Positions 25,702 through 38,941 are shown, counted from the stretch's first letter. The stretch is 64,000 nt of DNA from an uncultured Gemmatimonadales bacterium (GCA_963771275.1 CAVYSW010000005.1:64001-128000), one strand, 5' to 3'. Notes: generated by a model from the letters alone, not told the origin. A program made the numbers and translations.

Positions 25702-27203
25702 CGACTTGCCTTGGCCGCGTCCACGATCGCCTTGACCTCGCGCAGCAGCTGCGGCCCGCTGTACGGGATCCCGTCCTTGATCACCCACTCCACGCCGTTG
25801 GTCCGCGTCTCCTTGCCGTCCTTGAGGGCAGAGGTCCCGCCGGCGTAGAGGACCTTGAGGTCCTCGAGCGGGTTGCCGTCCACCACGATGACGTCGGCGA
25901 GCCAGCCTGCCCGCACCCGACCCAAGTGGTCCTCCTGGCCGAGGATCCTGGCGCCGTTCCCGGTGCAGTGCTCGATGACCTTGAGCGGGTTGAACCCTGC
26001 CTCGGCGTGCAGCTCCATCTCACGGATCAGCCCGTAGCCGTACATCTGGTAGATGAACCCGGCGTCATCGCCGCAGCCGATCGTGCCGCCTTTCCGCTCG
26101 AACTCGCGCAGCGCCGCTTCCCAGAGGCGGTAGTTCTCCTGCCAGTACACTTCGTCGGTCGTGCTCCAGCCGATGAAGTACGACCCGTGGTTCGCCGGGT
26201 CGGGCCGGAAATACCATTCGAGCGACGGGTGCAGGTAGTCCTTGAACCAGGGCTGGTTCTGCGCCCGCTGGAGATCGCGGCTCGCTTCGTAGATGTCCAG
26301 CGTCGGCACCCACGCGACGTTGGCACGCACCATCGCCGTGAGCACGGAGTCGAGCAGCGTGGGATCGGCTTCGCGCCACAGCCGGCCCGCCCAGCGGAAC
26401 CGGTCGGTCTCGTTCAGGTAGTTGTAGCCGCTCGGGAAGTGCTGCCGGCCGTCGGGGATTGCCGCGTCGGGAATGCCGTACCAGTGCTCGATGCTCGTGG
26501 TCCCGAAGGTGATGTCGTCCCAGGCGTTGGTCTCCTCGACGCCCACGTGGTGCGCCACGCGCAGCCCGAGCTTGTGCGCCTCGTCCTCGGCGGCGGCCAT
26601 CACGTCGCGCTCCACGCCGAGCAGCTTCACCCCGTCGGCGCCGATCTCCTTGAAGTGCCGCACCCGCGCCCGCGCCTCGGCCGCATTGCGCGGTGCCGGG
26701 CTCTGGGTCAGCATCGGGTAGGCGAACAATCGCGGCGCCACGATCTTCCCGGCGGCGCTCTCGTCCCGCAGGCGCACGATCCCGGTGTCGGACTCGGGGC
26801 CCACCTCGCGCACCGTCGTGATGCCGTTGGCGAGCCACAGCTTGAGCACGTACTCGTAGCCGCCGAGCGGGTGGCCCGAGCGCTGGCTCTGCAGGTGGGC
26901 GTGCGCGTTGATCAGGCCCGGGAGGACGTACTTCCCGGTCGCGTCGATTGCGACGTCACCCGCCGGCCGCCTGGCGCCGCCGCGCTGCAGGGCCACGGCG
27001 TCGAGCGGCACCACGGCGGTGATCGTGTTGCCCTCGATCACGATGTCGAGCGGGCCGCGTGCCGGCGTGCCGTTGCCGTCCACGACCGTGGCATTGCGGA
27101 TCACGAGGCGCTGCGGCCGGACGCCGTGCTGCACACCGCGCGTCTGGGCGGCGAGGGGGGTGGCGACGAGCGTGGCGAGGAACGCGAGCGTGTGCGGACG
27201 CAT
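25698..27203 (-). CDS. Secreted amidohydrolase family protein
   Basis: Signal peptide, IDATGKYVLPGLINAHAH (HxH), GITTVRE, GWLADVIVVDGNPL. Confidence 0.88.
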   Translation of the reverse strand: MRPHTLAFLATLVATPLAAQTRGVQHGVRPQRLVIRNATVVDGNGTPARGPLDIVIEGNTITAVVPLDAVALQRGGARRPAGDVAIDATGKYVLPGLINAHAHLQSQRSGHPLGGYEYVLKLWLANGITTVREVGPESDTGIVRLRDESAAGKIVAPRLFAYPMLTQSPAPRNAAEARARVRHFKEIGADGVKLLGVERDVMAAAEDEAHKLGLRVAHHVGVEETNAWDDITFGTTSIEHWYGIPDAAIPDGRQHFPSGYNYLNETDRFRWAGRLWREADPTLLDSVLTAMVRANVAWVPTLDIYEASRDLQRAQNQPWFKDYLHPSLEWYFRPDPANHGSYFIGWSTTDEVYWQENYRLWEAALREFERKGGTIGCGDDAGFIYQMYGYGLIREMELHAEAGFNPLKVIEHCTGNGARILGQEDHLGRVRAGWLADVIVVDGNPLEDLKVLYAGGTSALKDGKETRTNGVEWVIKDGIPYSGPQLLREVKAIVDAAKASR

Positions 27204-27286
27204 TGGGGAATCCCGGAGAAAGGCGCCGTATGGTATCGCCCGCAGGCTGGCCGCGCCAGCGTGGGGCGGTCGCCCCCGTGCCGGAT

Positions 27287-29413
27287 CTAGGGTGTGCGGG
27301 AACCGGTGGGTCGGCCGCCTTCGCACGACGCGGTGATCGCCTGCTCCAGGGGAGCGCCGGCCGCGAGCCGCGCGGGTGGCAGAGCCGCGAGCAGGGTCTC
27401 GCGCGTCGCGCGGCAGCGGGCCGGTTCGCCGCCCTCGAACTCGGCCTGCGTCAGCGCGAGGAACGCAGGTCCGTACATCAGCCCCATCTGGCGTGAGACA
27501 TCGTCGAGCCGCACCGCTGTGTCGGCGTAGCCGCGGTAGACGTAGGTCTCCATCACATTGGTGCGCAGCGTCGCGGCGTCCACCGGCGGGTCGGCGATCG
27601 GCACGACGCGCCAGAACAGGCCGTCCAGCCGGCGATACGGCGCCAGCCACGTGAGACTCTGCGGCGCAACGCTCACGGCGAAGCAGAGTGGCCGTCGCCA
27701 GGCGTTGTCCTCGAGCATCCGCAGCACCACTAGATCCTGCCGTAGCACATACTGCCCTGCGACCGTGGGCGTGGCGTGGACCACGATCGCATCGGGGATC
27801 GGGACGTCGCGGGGGAGCCCAAGCTCGTCGGGCGTGCCGCGCACGGGCAGGGTGAGGGTCGTGTCGGTCCAGGCGCGCGTTGCCAGGTCGCGGCGCTCCG
27901 CGGGGGTGAGGGACAGCGGGAACGACGCATCGCGGCCGACGATCTGGTCGACGTACCAGCCGGTGTTGGTCAAGGGCAGGTTCACGACCTGCACGTCAGG
28001 ACGTACGCCCTCCACGGCCTGCACGTACCACAGCGGAAACGTGTCGTTGTCCCCATTGGTGAAGAGGATGGCGTGCGGCGGCAGTCCGCGCAGCGCGTTG
28101 GTGGCGTAGTCCTCGGTGAACCAGCGGTCGGACGCGTCGATCGCTCTCCAGTTGTGCACCAGCTGCGCCGCGGGCACCAGCGCCAGCAGCGCCCCCGCCG
28201 GCGCGGCGACCAGCCACCCCCGGCCCCGCGACCGCCCCCAGACCCACAGGGCGCGCAGCACCTCGCCCAGCCCGTATGCGATGAAGACGGCGAACGTCAC
28301 GAAGATCGGCAGGTAGTGGCGGGTGAACGGGCGGAAGAAGTTCGCCGGAATGTTGAAGTACAGGACGGTCAGGGTTGCCTGGATGCACAGCAGCAGCACG
28401 AACGCAAGCGCCAGGCGCCGGTTGCGCAGCCAGAGCAGGACGATCCCCACCAGGCCGAGCAGTGCGGGCAGCATGCCCAGTGCGCCCCCGCTTCCCTTCA
28501 GCCAGAGGAAGTTCCCCCCGAAGGCGCGGAGGAGATCCATCACCTGCACCGACCACAGCGGCGCGTTGCGCGGGAAGAAGTGGACCAGCCAGCCGCCACC
28601 TAACTGCGCGAGCGAGACGTAGTCGTAGAACCGCGACCAGTTGCTGGGGTCGCCCATGTTCAGCAGCGGGCCCGAGGCGGACAGCGGGATGATCAGCAAC
28701 GCGAGCGCGAGGCCGACGACCATTCCGGTCATGCCTCCGATCCACGCTCGCGCCGACCGGAGGGTACGCGGGTGGCGCAGCACGATCCAGACGCACAGGC
28801 CCGGCAGCAGCAGCAGGTTGGTGCGGTGCACGCTGAAATCCAGCCCGAACAGCAGTCCCAGGACCGCGAGCCGCTGCCACGCGTCGCCCCGCTCCGCGTC
28901 CTCCCACCAGCGCAGCATTGTCCAGAGGATCATGCCGGTGAAGACCGGCGTCAGCACGTACGGCGTGAACTGCACGGCGTACTGCCAGAGGGTCTCCGCG
29001 CCGGCGAAGGTCAGGCCGCCGAGTACGGCCCCCACGATGGCCGTACCCACCGCGCTGTCGGGAAGGCCGCCGCGCTCCCGGCCGAACCGCAGCAGACGGA
29101 GCGCGATCAGGTAGACGAGTCCGGCGCAGAGCGCCGCCAGCGCGCCGGCGAGCAGATTCAGCACGTGGGCCGGTGACGGGCCCAGCGGAAGCCGGGTGAT
29201 TGCCCAGCCCAGGGATGTGAGGACGAGGGAGCCCGGAGGCCCGGTGATCCCCCGCGAGACGGCGGCCAGCGAGTACTGGCTGGAGTCCCACCAGGTGATC
29301 GTGGGATACGCTGTGAGCCAGTAGATGATTCCGGCGATCACGGCGACCACGGTAAAGCCGGTGGCCCGGCCGCGGACCTGGTCGGACGGTGTGGCTGGAA
29401 GCGTCGGCGGCAT
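27287..29413 (-). CDS. DUF2723 / TMEM260-like GT-C membrane glycosyltransferase
   Basis: YPTITWWDS, PPG, multiple TM helices, ILFTNGDNDTFPLWYVQAVEGVRPDVQVVNL. Confidence 0.82.
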   Translation of the reverse strand: MPPTLPATPSDQVRGRATGFTVVAVIAGIIYWLTAYPTITWWDSSQYSLAAVSRGITGPPGSLVLTSLGWAITRLPLGPSPAHVLNLLAGALAALCAGLVYLIALRLLRFGRERGGLPDSAVGTAIVGAVLGGLTFAGAETLWQYAVQFTPYVLTPVFTGMILWTMLRWWEDAERGDAWQRLAVLGLLFGLDFSVHRTNLLLLPGLCVWIVLRHPRTLRSARAWIGGMTGMVVGLALALLIIPLSASGPLLNMGDPSNWSRFYDYVSLAQLGGGWLVHFFPRNAPLWSVQVMDLLRAFGGNFLWLKGSGGALGMLPALLGLVGIVLLWLRNRRLALAFVLLLCIQATLTVLYFNIPANFFRPFTRHYLPIFVTFAVFIAYGLGEVLRALWVWGRSRGRGWLVAAPAGALLALVPAAQLVHNWRAIDASDRWFTEDYATNALRGLPPHAILFTNGDNDTFPLWYVQAVEGVRPDVQVVNLPLTNTGWYVDQIVGRDASFPLSLTPAERRDLATRAWTDTTLTLPVRGTPDELGLPRDVPIPDAIVVHATPTVAGQYVLRQDLVVLRMLEDNAWRRPLCFAVSVAPQSLTWLAPYRRLDGLFWRVVPIADPPVDAATLRTNVMETYVYRGYADTAVRLDDVSRQMGLMYGPAFLALTQAEFEGGEPARCRATRETLLAALPPARLAAGAPLEQAITASCEGGRPTGSRTP

Positions 29414-29617
29414 CGGCCCTCCGTGCGCTCGCGGTCGCTGGAGGATCACCCGCCAGGATAGTGGGGCACGGAACCGCCGTCAACCGCCTGCCGGCGGCTG
29501 CACTTCCTTGTCGAGCGGCGCACCGGCGGGTAGGATCGTGTGGGTGTCCCGCCTGTCGCGGGCACGCTCGATCGCTGTTCGCTCACGGCCCGTCCATCCC
29601 CTCGTGCCGAGGCAATC

Positions 29618-30781
29618 ATGTTCCACGGTCTCCCGATCTTCCTGCGCCCGGCGTGCCGTCGCGGCATCGCGCTGCTGGCACTGCTGGTCCCTCCGTCCGC
29701 GCTTGCCGCCCAGCAGCCGCCGGCGCGGCGCGTCCCACCCGACACGGCCGCCGTGCAGCGCCGTCAGGTCGTGATGGACACCGCGCGCGCCCGGCAGCTG
29801 TACGTGAGCAACCGGCCGGAGGACCACCCGGGCGCCAACTTCGCCCGCCAGATCGAGCAGAAGCAGCGGACGGACAGCATCTACGCCGCGCGCAGCGCCG
29901 GCGTCATGGACTTCGCGAAGATCACCTACAAGAGCAACGTGGACGGCATGGAGATCCCGGCGTACCTGTTCCAGCCGCTCGCGAAGCGCGGGCCGCGCGG
30001 CCACGCCGCCATGGTCTGGGTGCACGGCGGCGTGCACGGGAACTGGGGCGAGACGATGCTGCCGTTCGTAAAGGAAGCGGTCGCGCGCGGCTACGTCATC
30101 ATCTGCCCCGAGTACCGCGGCAGCACGGGCTTCGGCGCCGACTTCTACAACGCGATCGACTACGGCGGGAAGGAGCTGGACGACGTCGTCTCGGCGGTCG
30201 ACTACCTCAAGACCCTGCCGCCCGTCGACCCCGACCGGGTGGGGATCATGGGCTGGAGTCACGGCGGGTTCATCACGGCCCACCTGCTGTTCCGCGAGCA
30301 GCATCCGTTCAAGGGCGGGGCGGCGATCGTGCCGGTGACGAACCTCGTGTTCCGGCTGTCGTACAAGGGACCGGGGTACCAGCGGAGCTACGCCACGCAG
30401 CGCGACATCGGCGGGCTGCCGTTCGAGGAGCGCGACGAGTACATCAAGCGCTCGCCCGTCTTCCACGTCCAGAACCTCAAGGTCCCGATCCTGGTGCACG
30501 TCGCGACCAACGACGAGGACGTGAACTTCGTCGAGGACCAGCAGATGGTCTACACGCTCCGCGCGCTCAAGCCCGATCTCGCCGAGACGAAGATCTACGT
30601 CGATCCGGCGCCGTGGGGGCCCTCCGTGGGACACGCGTTCAGCCGCCGCGTGGATCCCGTCACGCTGGAGCGCGTGGATTCGCCGGAGCAGATCGACTCG
30701 TGGAATCGGACGTGGGTGTTCTTCGAGTGGATCCTCCGTCCGTACGAGGACCGGTCCAAGCCGGCGACGCCGGCGCGCTAG
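29618..30781 (+). CDS. Secreted S9 family peptidase (alpha/beta hydrolase)
   Basis: VWVHGGVH, PEYRGSTGFG, GWSHGG nucleophile elbow, signal peptide. Confidence 0.88.
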   Translation: MFHGLPIFLRPACRRGIALLALLVPPSALAAQQPPARRVPPDTAAVQRRQVVMDTARARQLYVSNRPEDHPGANFARQIEQKQRTDSIYAARSAGVMDFAKITYKSNVDGMEIPAYLFQPLAKRGPRGHAAMVWVHGGVHGNWGETMLPFVKEAVARGYVIICPEYRGSTGFGADFYNAIDYGGKELDDVVSAVDYLKTLPPVDPDRVGIMGWSHGGFITAHLLFREQHPFKGGAAIVPVTNLVFRLSYKGPGYQRSYATQRDIGGLPFEERDEYIKRSPVFHVQNLKVPILVHVATNDEDVNFVEDQQMVYTLRALKPDLAETKIYVDPAPWGPSVGHAFSRRVDPVTLERVDSPEQIDSWNRTWVFFEWILRPYEDRSKPATPAR

Positions 30782-30873
30782 GGTGCGCCACCGGGCGGCG
30801 GGCCGCTGAGCGCCCCGGGCGCGAACGGGAAACCGGGCCGGAGCCCACGCATGACACGGAGGCGGGAGCGCGA

Positions 30874-31686
30874 GTGAGGGTCGTCGCAGGACGCGATCGC
30901 GGCGCCGGCGTGCCGCGCGCCTGGTCACGGCGGGAGTTCGTGCAGGTCGCCGCGGGCTCCCTTGCCGCGTCGGTGCTGACGGGCTGCGTGCGCGGCGCCA
31001 CCACGCCCGATCCGGGAGACCCGCGGCTCTCGGCGCGGCCGGCGGCACCGACGGTCACCCCCACGATCGGCGTCGCCACGCCGCTCGGGCTCGGCGGCAC
31101 CCGGGACGGCATCCTCTACGTGCCGACCGGCTACGTCGGCGACACGCCCGTCCCGCTTCTCGTGGCGCTCCACGGGGCCGGAGGCTCGGGTGCCATGTGG
31201 GAGAGCTACCACGCGCGCGCCGAGCAGCGGGGCCTGGCGCTGCTGGCTCCGGACTCCCGCGGATCGACGTGGGACTTCGTCGCCACCGGCACGTTCGGCG
31301 CCGACGTGGCGTTTCTCGACCAGGCCCTGCGGTACACGTTCGAGCGCTGCCGCGTCGATCCCGAGCGGATCGCGCTGGCCGGCTTCTCGGACGGCGCGTC
31401 CTACACGCTGTGCCTCGGACCCTCCAACGGCGACCTGTTCAGCCACCTCGTCGCCTACTCGCCCGGCTTCGCGGTGGCCGTCGATCCGATTGTCGGGAAG
31501 CCGCGGATCTACGTCTCCCACGGCACCGCCGATCCGGTGCTTCCCGTGGCGACGACCCGCGACCACATCGTCCCGACGCTGCGGAACGCCGGCTACGACG
31601 TCACCTTCGACGAGTTCGCCGGGGGCCACCAGGTGCCGGCGGCCGTCTCCGAGGCCGCGTTGGACTGGTTTCTCGCGACGGGCTGA
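30874..31686 (+). CDS. Phospholipase/carboxylesterase family hydrolase, Tat lipoprotein
   Basis: SRREFVQVAAG..LTGC, VALHGAGG, GFSDGAS, SHGTADPVLP, FAGGH; start may instead be GTG 30910. Confidence 0.8.
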   Translation: MRVVAGRDRGAGVPRAWSRREFVQVAAGSLAASVLTGCVRGATTPDPGDPRLSARPAAPTVTPTIGVATPLGLGGTRDGILYVPTGYVGDTPVPLLVALHGAGGSGAMWESYHARAEQRGLALLAPDSRGSTWDFVATGTFGADVAFLDQALRYTFERCRVDPERIALAGFSDGASYTLCLGPSNGDLFSHLVAYSPGFAVAVDPIVGKPRIYVSHGTADPVLPVATTRDHIVPTLRNAGYDVTFDEFAGGHQVPAAVSEAALDWFLATG

Positions 31687-31841
31687 CGCGCCGCTCCGGC
31701 CCCCACGGTCGGCCGCCGGGCCCGACCCCAGCGCGCGGAACTCCAGGCCGCTCGAACGGTAGGCTTGTGCAGGACCGTACCGCCTGCCGTCATTTGATCA
31801 CTGTCCGGCCATGCCGACCTAACCTCCCAGAGGAAGCTCCA

Positions 31842-34559
<2,718 letters not shown>

Positions 34560-34624
34560 CGCATGCCCGCGTCGTCGCTCGGGGAGATCGTCGAAGAACG
34601 CGTTAGCCCGGGAGGCAAGGAGCG

Positions 34625-35104
34625 ATGAAGGACACCATTCGGTTCAGGGTGAACGGCCGTCCGGTGACGCTGGAGACCGACGCTACCCGCATGCTGCTCT
34701 GGGTGCTGCGCACGGATCTCGAGCTGACCGGGACCAAGTACGGCTGTGGGGTGGGCCTGTGCGGGTCCTGCACCGTGATCGTGGACGGACACGTGGCGCG
34801 AGCCTGTCAGACGAGCCTCGGGTCCGTCCAGGGGAAGGCCGTCACCACGATCGAGGGGCTCGCCCAGAACGGGAAGCTCGACCCGCTGCAGCAGGCGTTT
34901 CTCGAGCACGGGGGCTACCAGTGCGGGTACTGCACGCCCGGCATGATCATGAACGCGTACGGGCTGCTGCTGCGAAACCCGAAACCCACGCGCGACGAGA
35001 TCCTGCAAGGCATGGAGAGCAACCTGTGTCGCTGTGGCGCGCACACGCGGATTCTCGCGGCGATCGCCGCGGTCGCGGGCCGGGGGGAGGCCAGCCATGA
35101 CTGA
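34625..35104 (+). CDS. (2Fe-2S)-binding small subunit (IorA/CoxS-like)
   Basis: [28 protein letters not shown]. Confidence 0.92.
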   Translation: MKDTIRFRVNGRPVTLETDATRMLLWVLRTDLELTGTKYGCGVGLCGSCTVIVDGHVARACQTSLGSVQGKAVTTIEGLAQNGKLDPLQQAFLEHGGYQCGYCTPGMIMNAYGLLLRNPKPTRDEILQGMESNLCRCGAHTRILAAIAAVAGRGEASHD

Positions 35105-37220
35105 CGCGACGCGGCTGGACCGGCGCGACTTCGTCAAGCTGCTGGGCGGCGGCATCCTGGTCGTGGTGCATTGGCCGCGCTCGGCGATCCCCGGGCTGGA
35201 CGAGCTGCAGCAGCGCCGCGGCTACCCCGAGGACATCAACGCCTACCTGCACATCGCCGCCGACGGGAAGGTGACCCTGTTCTCGGGCAAGATCGAGATG
35301 GGGCAGGGCGTGATGACGTCGCTCACGCAGATGGCCGCGGAGGACCTCGGCGTGGCACTCGACGCCATCCACATCGTGATGGGCGACACCGCCCTGTGCC
35401 CGTGGGACATGGGCACGTTCGGCTCGATGACCACGCGGATGTTCGGGCCGGCCGTGCGCGCCGCCGCAGCGCAGGCGCGGCTGGTCCTCACCGATCTCGC
35501 CGCCCAGCGCCTCGGCGTGCCGCGGACGGCGCTGACCGTCGAGCACGGCGTGGTCTACGTGGCGGCCGACCGCGGCCGCCGGCTGTCGTACGGGGAGCTG
35601 GCCAAGGGCCAGCAGATCACCCATACCGTGGACGAAAAGGCGGTGCTCCGCGCGGTCAAGGACTTCAGCGTGATGGGCCGGTCGCCGCAGCGGCTTGACG
35701 GGAAGGAGAAGGTCACCGGGACGGCCAAGTACGCGGGCGACATCCGGCTGCCGGGAATGCTCTATGCCCGGATCGTCCGCCCGCCCGCGCACGGCGCCAC
35801 GCTGACGCGCGTCGACACCGCGGCGGCGGCGGCGATGCCCGGCGTCATGGTGGTGCAGCAGGACGACATGGTGGCGGTGCTCGCGGCCGATCCGGAGGCG
35901 GCCGGCAGGGCGCTCGCGGCCGTGCGGGCCGACTTCGATGTTCCCGCGGCGGCGGTGGACACCGAGAGCATCTTCGCGCACCTGGTGGAGGCGGCACCGG
36001 CTCCCAACACCCGCGAGTCGGCGGGCGATCTGTCCGCAGGCCGGGCGCGGGCGGCGAAGACGTTCAGCGCCACGTACTACAACAGTTACGTGGCCCACGC
36101 GCCGATGGAGCCGCACACGGCGGTGGCGGAGGTCAAGGACGGCAAGGCGACCGTGTGGTCGTCGGCGCAGACCCCGTTCCCGCAGCAGGCGACGATCGCA
36201 CGCGCACTCGGGCTCGCCGAGGGGGACGTCCGCGTGCTGACGCCGTACGTGGGCGGCGGGTTCGGCGGGAAGTCGGAGGGGCGGCAGGCGGTCGAGGCCG
36301 CGCAGCTCGCCAAGATCACCGGCAAGCCGGTGCAGGTCGCCTGGACCCGGGCGGAGGAGTTCTTCTACGACACCTTCCGGCCCGCGGCGGTGGTCCGGGT
36401 GGACTCCGCGGTCGACGCGGCCGGGAAGCTCACCCTGTGGGACTACCAGGTGTACGGAGCGGGCTCGCGCGGCTCCGACGTGTTCTACGACGTGCCGAAC
36501 CGGAGCGTCAAGGTGTACGGCGAGTGGGGCCGCGCGCCCGAGGGCTTCCACCCGTTCGCGATCGGTCCGTGGCGGGCCCCTGCGGCGAACACCAACCGGT
36601 TCGCGGCCGAGCAGCAGATCGACCTCATGGCGGCGGCCGCGGGGATCGATCCGCTGGCGTTCCGACTGCGGAATACCAGCGATAAGCGGATGGTCACCGT
36701 CCTGAAGGCGGTGGCCGAAGCGGCCCGGTGGACCGCCGCCGTCGCGCCCCGGAAGGGCGGCCGGGGTCGGGGCCTGGCTTGCGGCATCGACGCGGGGGCC
36801 TACGTGGCTCTGGTCGCCGACGTCACCGTCGACGCCACGACCGGCGCGGTCAAGGTGGACCGGGTGGTGGGCGCCCAGGAGATGGGCGTCGTGGTGAACC
36901 CCGACGGCGCGCGGATGCAGGTCGAGGGATGCATCACGATGGGGCTGGGCTACGCGCTCAGCGAGGAGGTCCGGTTCGAGGGCGGCAAGATCCTCGACGC
37001 CAACTTCGGCACCTACGGGCTGCCGCGGTTCTCCTGGGTGCCGACGATCGAGACGGTCCTGGTCGCCAACGACGACCTCCCGCCGCAGGGCGGGGGCGAG
37101 CCCGCGATCATCAACATGGGCGCCGTCGTTGCCAACGCGATCTTCGATGCGACGGGCGCCAGGCTGTACCGCCTGCCGATGACGCCGGAGCGGGTGCTGG
37201 CCGAGATCAGGAAGGGATGA
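35097..37220 (+). CDS. Xanthine oxidase family molybdopterin-binding subunit, Tat-exported
   Basis: LDRRDFVKLLGGG, KIEMGQG, HAPMEP, GGGFGGK, QVEG, GGGEP. Confidence 0.9.
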   Translation: MTDATRLDRRDFVKLLGGGILVVVHWPRSAIPGLDELQQRRGYPEDINAYLHIAADGKVTLFSGKIEMGQGVMTSLTQMAAEDLGVALDAIHIVMGDTALCPWDMGTFGSMTTRMFGPAVRAAAAQARLVLTDLAAQRLGVPRTALTVEHGVVYVAADRGRRLSYGELAKGQQITHTVDEKAVLRAVKDFSVMGRSPQRLDGKEKVTGTAKYAGDIRLPGMLYARIVRPPAHGATLTRVDTAAAAAMPGVMVVQQDDMVAVLAADPEAAGRALAAVRADFDVPAAAVDTESIFAHLVEAAPAPNTRESAGDLSAGRARAAKTFSATYYNSYVAHAPMEPHTAVAEVKDGKATVWSSAQTPFPQQATIARALGLAEGDVRVLTPYVGGGFGGKSEGRQAVEAAQLAKITGKPVQVAWTRAEEFFYDTFRPAAVVRVDSAVDAAGKLTLWDYQVYGAGSRGSDVFYDVPNRSVKVYGEWGRAPEGFHPFAIGPWRAPAANTNRFAAEQQIDLMAAAAGIDPLAFRLRNTSDKRMVTVLKAVAEAARWTAAVAPRKGGRGRGLACGIDAGAYVALVADVTVDATTGAVKVDRVVGAQEMGVVVNPDGARMQVEGCITMGLGYALSEEVRFEGGKILDANFGTYGLPRFSWVPTIETVLVANDDLPPQGGGEPAIINMGAVVANAIFDATGARLYRLPMTPERVLAEIRKG

Positions 37221-37293
37221 CAGACCGCCGCCGCCCGCGGGGAGTGCACGCAGAGACGCCTCAAGGAGGCTGCACGTGCCGACTGCCTGGACC

Positions 37294-38391
37294 ATGACCC
37301 GTCTGCTGGCTCCCGCCACCCTGGGAGTGGCGCTGCTCGCGGCCGCGGCGCCGCGTTCCGGCCCGGCCGTCGCGCGCGTCGCGCCCGACTCGCTCGACGA
37401 CGGGCCGCACGTCTACTGGGTCGATTCCTCCCGTGCCGTCGTGCTCTACGTGTGCCACGGCGCCGTGAAGCTCGAGCGCGTTCAGGTGGCGGACACGCTG
37501 CGGTTCCACGGGCTGTGCGCGGACTCGCTGGAAGAGTATCGCCTCGCGGCCCGACCGCCCCGGATCGAGCCCGACGCGTTTGGCGGCGTTCCGCGGATCC
37601 TCGCGGTCAGCGACGTCCACGGGGACTACGACCGGCTCGTGACGTTCCTCCAGCGGGCGGGCGTCGTCGATCGGCGACTCCGCTGGGCGTGGGGCGACGG
37701 CCACCTGGTCGTGGATGGCGACGTGTTCGATCGGGGTGCCGGCGTCACCCAGGCCCTCTGGCTGATCCGTCGGCTCGAGGACGAGGCCCGGGCCTCCGGC
37801 GGCCGGGTACACTACCTGCTCGGCAACCATGAGCTCATGGCCCTGCGCGGTGACACCCGCTACGTGAACCCGAAGTACCTCGGCGGCATCGTCCGTCTGA
37901 GCCGCGTCAGCTACGAGGATCTGGTGGGCCCGGACATGGAGCTGGGGCGCTGGCTGCGGACCAAGCACGTCGCGATCCGGCTGAACGACATCCTGTTCGT
38001 GCACGGCGGGCTGAGCCCGGCGATGGCGGCCCGCGGCCTCGCGCTCGCGGACCTCAACGCGGCGGTCCGCGGCATGATCGACCTCAAGTCCTACGAGCTG
38101 GCGCTGGGGGACCATCCGGCGTTCCTGCTGGGGACCGGTGGGCCGCTGTGGTACCGCGGATACCACTACGCCATGGACGGCGCCTACCCGCAGATCTCCG
38201 CGCCGCAGCTCGACAGCGTGCTGGCGTTCTACGGCGCGCGGGCCGTGGTCGTCGGTCACACGGAGCTGCCGGGGGTGCGGCGCCTCTACGACGGCCGGGC
38301 GTGGGGGGTCGACGTGCCGGTCGACTCGCTGGGTGGATTCCAGGGACTCCTGTGGGAGGGCGGCACGTTCACTCAAGTCCCCAAGGAGTGA
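37294..38391 (+). CDS. Secreted metallophosphoesterase (Shewanella-like phosphatase type)
   Basis: SDVHG, GDVFDRG, LGNHE, FVHGG, GPLWYRG, VGHT. Confidence 0.88.
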   Translation: MTRLLAPATLGVALLAAAAPRSGPAVARVAPDSLDDGPHVYWVDSSRAVVLYVCHGAVKLERVQVADTLRFHGLCADSLEEYRLAARPPRIEPDAFGGVPRILAVSDVHGDYDRLVTFLQRAGVVDRRLRWAWGDGHLVVDGDVFDRGAGVTQALWLIRRLEDEARASGGRVHYLLGNHELMALRGDTRYVNPKYLGGIVRLSRVSYEDLVGPDMELGRWLRTKHVAIRLNDILFVHGGLSPAMAARGLALADLNAAVRGMIDLKSYELALGDHPAFLLGTGGPLWYRGYHYAMDGAYPQISAPQLDSVLAFYGARAVVVGHTELPGVRRLYDGRAWGVDVPVDSLGGFQGLLWEGGTFTQVPKE

Positions 38392-38408
38392 GCGCGAGAG
38401 CGAGCGGA

Positions 38409-38693
38409 TCAGCTCAGCAGGGCGAAGCCCGCCGCGCGGAAGTGCTCGTCGTACGCGAACGCCACCGAGAACCGCCGCACCCGCATCAGTTCGAAGCTCA
38501 CCGCGTCCGTGAGGGAGAAGCGCTGGTCGCCGAATCGCTCGAGCCACCGGCTCACTGCCGAGCCGATCAAGTCCGTGGTCACACCTTCCCACGCGTAGGC
38601 CGGATCCTCCAGCAAGGCCGCGTCGTGGTACTGGTCTCTCGGGCTGGCGACCGCGAGCAGCGCGCTGGTGTCGACCAGGACGGATGCGCTCAC
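38409..38693 (-). pseudogene. vapC: PIN-domain (VapC) toxin, apparently internally deleted
   Basis: VLVDTSALLA..RDQYHDAA joined directly to LLEDP..FSLTDAVSFELM..AFAYDEHF..GF; 94 aa, shorter than the usual 130-140 aa. Confidence 0.75.
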
Positions 38694-38941
38694 TTGGCGC
38701 GCTTCTTAAGAAGGGGCGCCGCTCCGTACAAGTAGTCGTCGTGCCGGGCCGCGAGGTCCGCGGGGAGATCGGGGTCGTCACCGAGCGCCCCGCTCAGCGC
38801 GGCGAGCGACCATCCGGGCGCCCGGTCCCCGAGCAGGCGGTCGGCAAGCTGCCGCAATCCCCGGCGCAGCAGCTCCGCCCGGGCGAGGCCGGTGCGCCGC
38901 GCATGTACCCCGATCTGGCGGGCGGGCCCGGGGCGGCGCAC
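38690..38941 (-). CDS. Ribbon-helix-helix (CopG/VapB-like) antitoxin; N-terminus uncertain or degenerate
   Basis: ARRTGLARAELLRRGLR and C-terminal DLAARHDDYLYG; stop overlaps the vapC start (GTGA). Confidence 0.6.
   Translation of the reverse strand: MRRPGPARQIGVHARRTGLARAELLRRGLRQLADRLLGDRAPGWSLAALSGALGDDPDLPADLAARHDDYLYGAAPLLKKRAK

Noticed and set aside
15744..25788. Very long antisense ORFs (1077, 687 and 1202 aa) and similar shadow ORFs elsewhere
   Set aside because: They lie opposite well-supported genes, have no recognisable motifs, and are expected from stop-codon scarcity at high GC.
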